Shown here one piece after another: positions 63,399 through 64,000 of a stretch of DNA of 64,000 nucleotides. How positions within the stretch are numbered: position 1 is the stretch's first letter; the number at the start of each line of letters is the position of its first letter. The translations under genes were made by a program, and so were the position numbers. The stretch is from Batkoa obscura (lineage: Eukaryota), in contig JASVEC010000002.1 of the NCBI GenBank assembly GCA_030770535.1, positions 1,054,001-1,118,000 on the forward strand. The letters are read 5' to 3'. Under the pieces are notes generated by a model that saw nothing but the letters and a program-made list of their open reading frames with translations, did no database searches and was not told the origin of the DNA.

Positions 63399-63589
63399 AT
63401 ACAATGATATATCCTTTTTAAAATTTTATGTTGCTTAAAAAGTGAACCTAATATCAAAAGAGAAAATTAGCTAATATTTCTTACAAACAAAATCTTATTT
63501 GATAACAAAAATACAATTTAATTTTAACTTTATATAAGCTATTTATTATAGTTTATACATTATCATTTATTATATCATTTTTTGTAACT

Positions 63590-63960
63590 ATTTCAAAAAA
63601 TGCCTAGAAATGCTATTTGAAATAACATACCTTATTTCAACAAACCCACCCCCGGTTTATTGATTTAAAAAGCGCCTTTGATTAAAATAGTAGTAAAATA
63701 GATCTATAGATGATAATTAAATTAGTATGCTATCAGTCGAATAATACTATATATTAGCCCTTATATATTAGTGAAAATATATATAACAACAAATTAATAC
63801 TTGAAAATAACAAGTAAGGATATATAGGCTTGTTATCATTACTTTGATAATAAATTTTATTGCACTAACATCAAACATTAATAATTGATACAATAAAAAT
63901 AACCAAAACTGAAAAATGGGGGCTATTTTGGTTACTAAAAATAAGAATCAAACAATACTA
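63590..63960 (-). repeat. Third, inverted copy of the family-B upstream block, running toward the window edge
   Basis: Reverse complement reads aatcaaaggcgctttttaaatcaataaaccgggggtgggtttgttgaaataa vs aatcaaaggcattttttaatcaatagactgggggcgggtttgttgaaataa at 47637-47687. Confidence 0.8.
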
Positions 63961-64000
63961 ATATGGATAGAGATATGACTTACTATTACTACACAACAAA

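Overview
Very AT-rich eukaryotic genomic DNA with short GT-AG introns. Gene content and style point to a fungus, probably an early-diverging lineage (inference). Core genes: PTC7-type PP2C phosphatase, Mediator MED10, medium-chain acyl-CoA dehydrogenase, UMP-CMP kinase and two tail-to-tail Sec1/Munc18 paralogs. Accessory genes: GH16 beta-1,3-glucanase, secreted dipeptidyl peptidase (S9), a siderophore-type MFS transporter plus a pseudogene copy, a cytochrome P450 plus a pseudogene copy, an SGNH-like protein lacking the catalytic Ser, and two orphan paralog pairs. The most striking structure is a transposon system: a ~2.7-kb Sola2-like DDE element (35339-38003) and about 29 copies of a ~98-bp MITE. 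They share GGGG/GGAG...CCCC ends and 4-bp target duplications, and MITEs have inserted into the transposase itself and into a P450. Also notable: an intact gene fusing a mariner DNA-binding region (no catalytic domain) to a repetitive Asn/Met-rich tail; a ~99% identical 955-bp inverted repeat enclosing three host genes; and a degenerate ~200-bp tandem array. No rRNA, tRNA or CRISPR array was seen. All alignments were done by eye.
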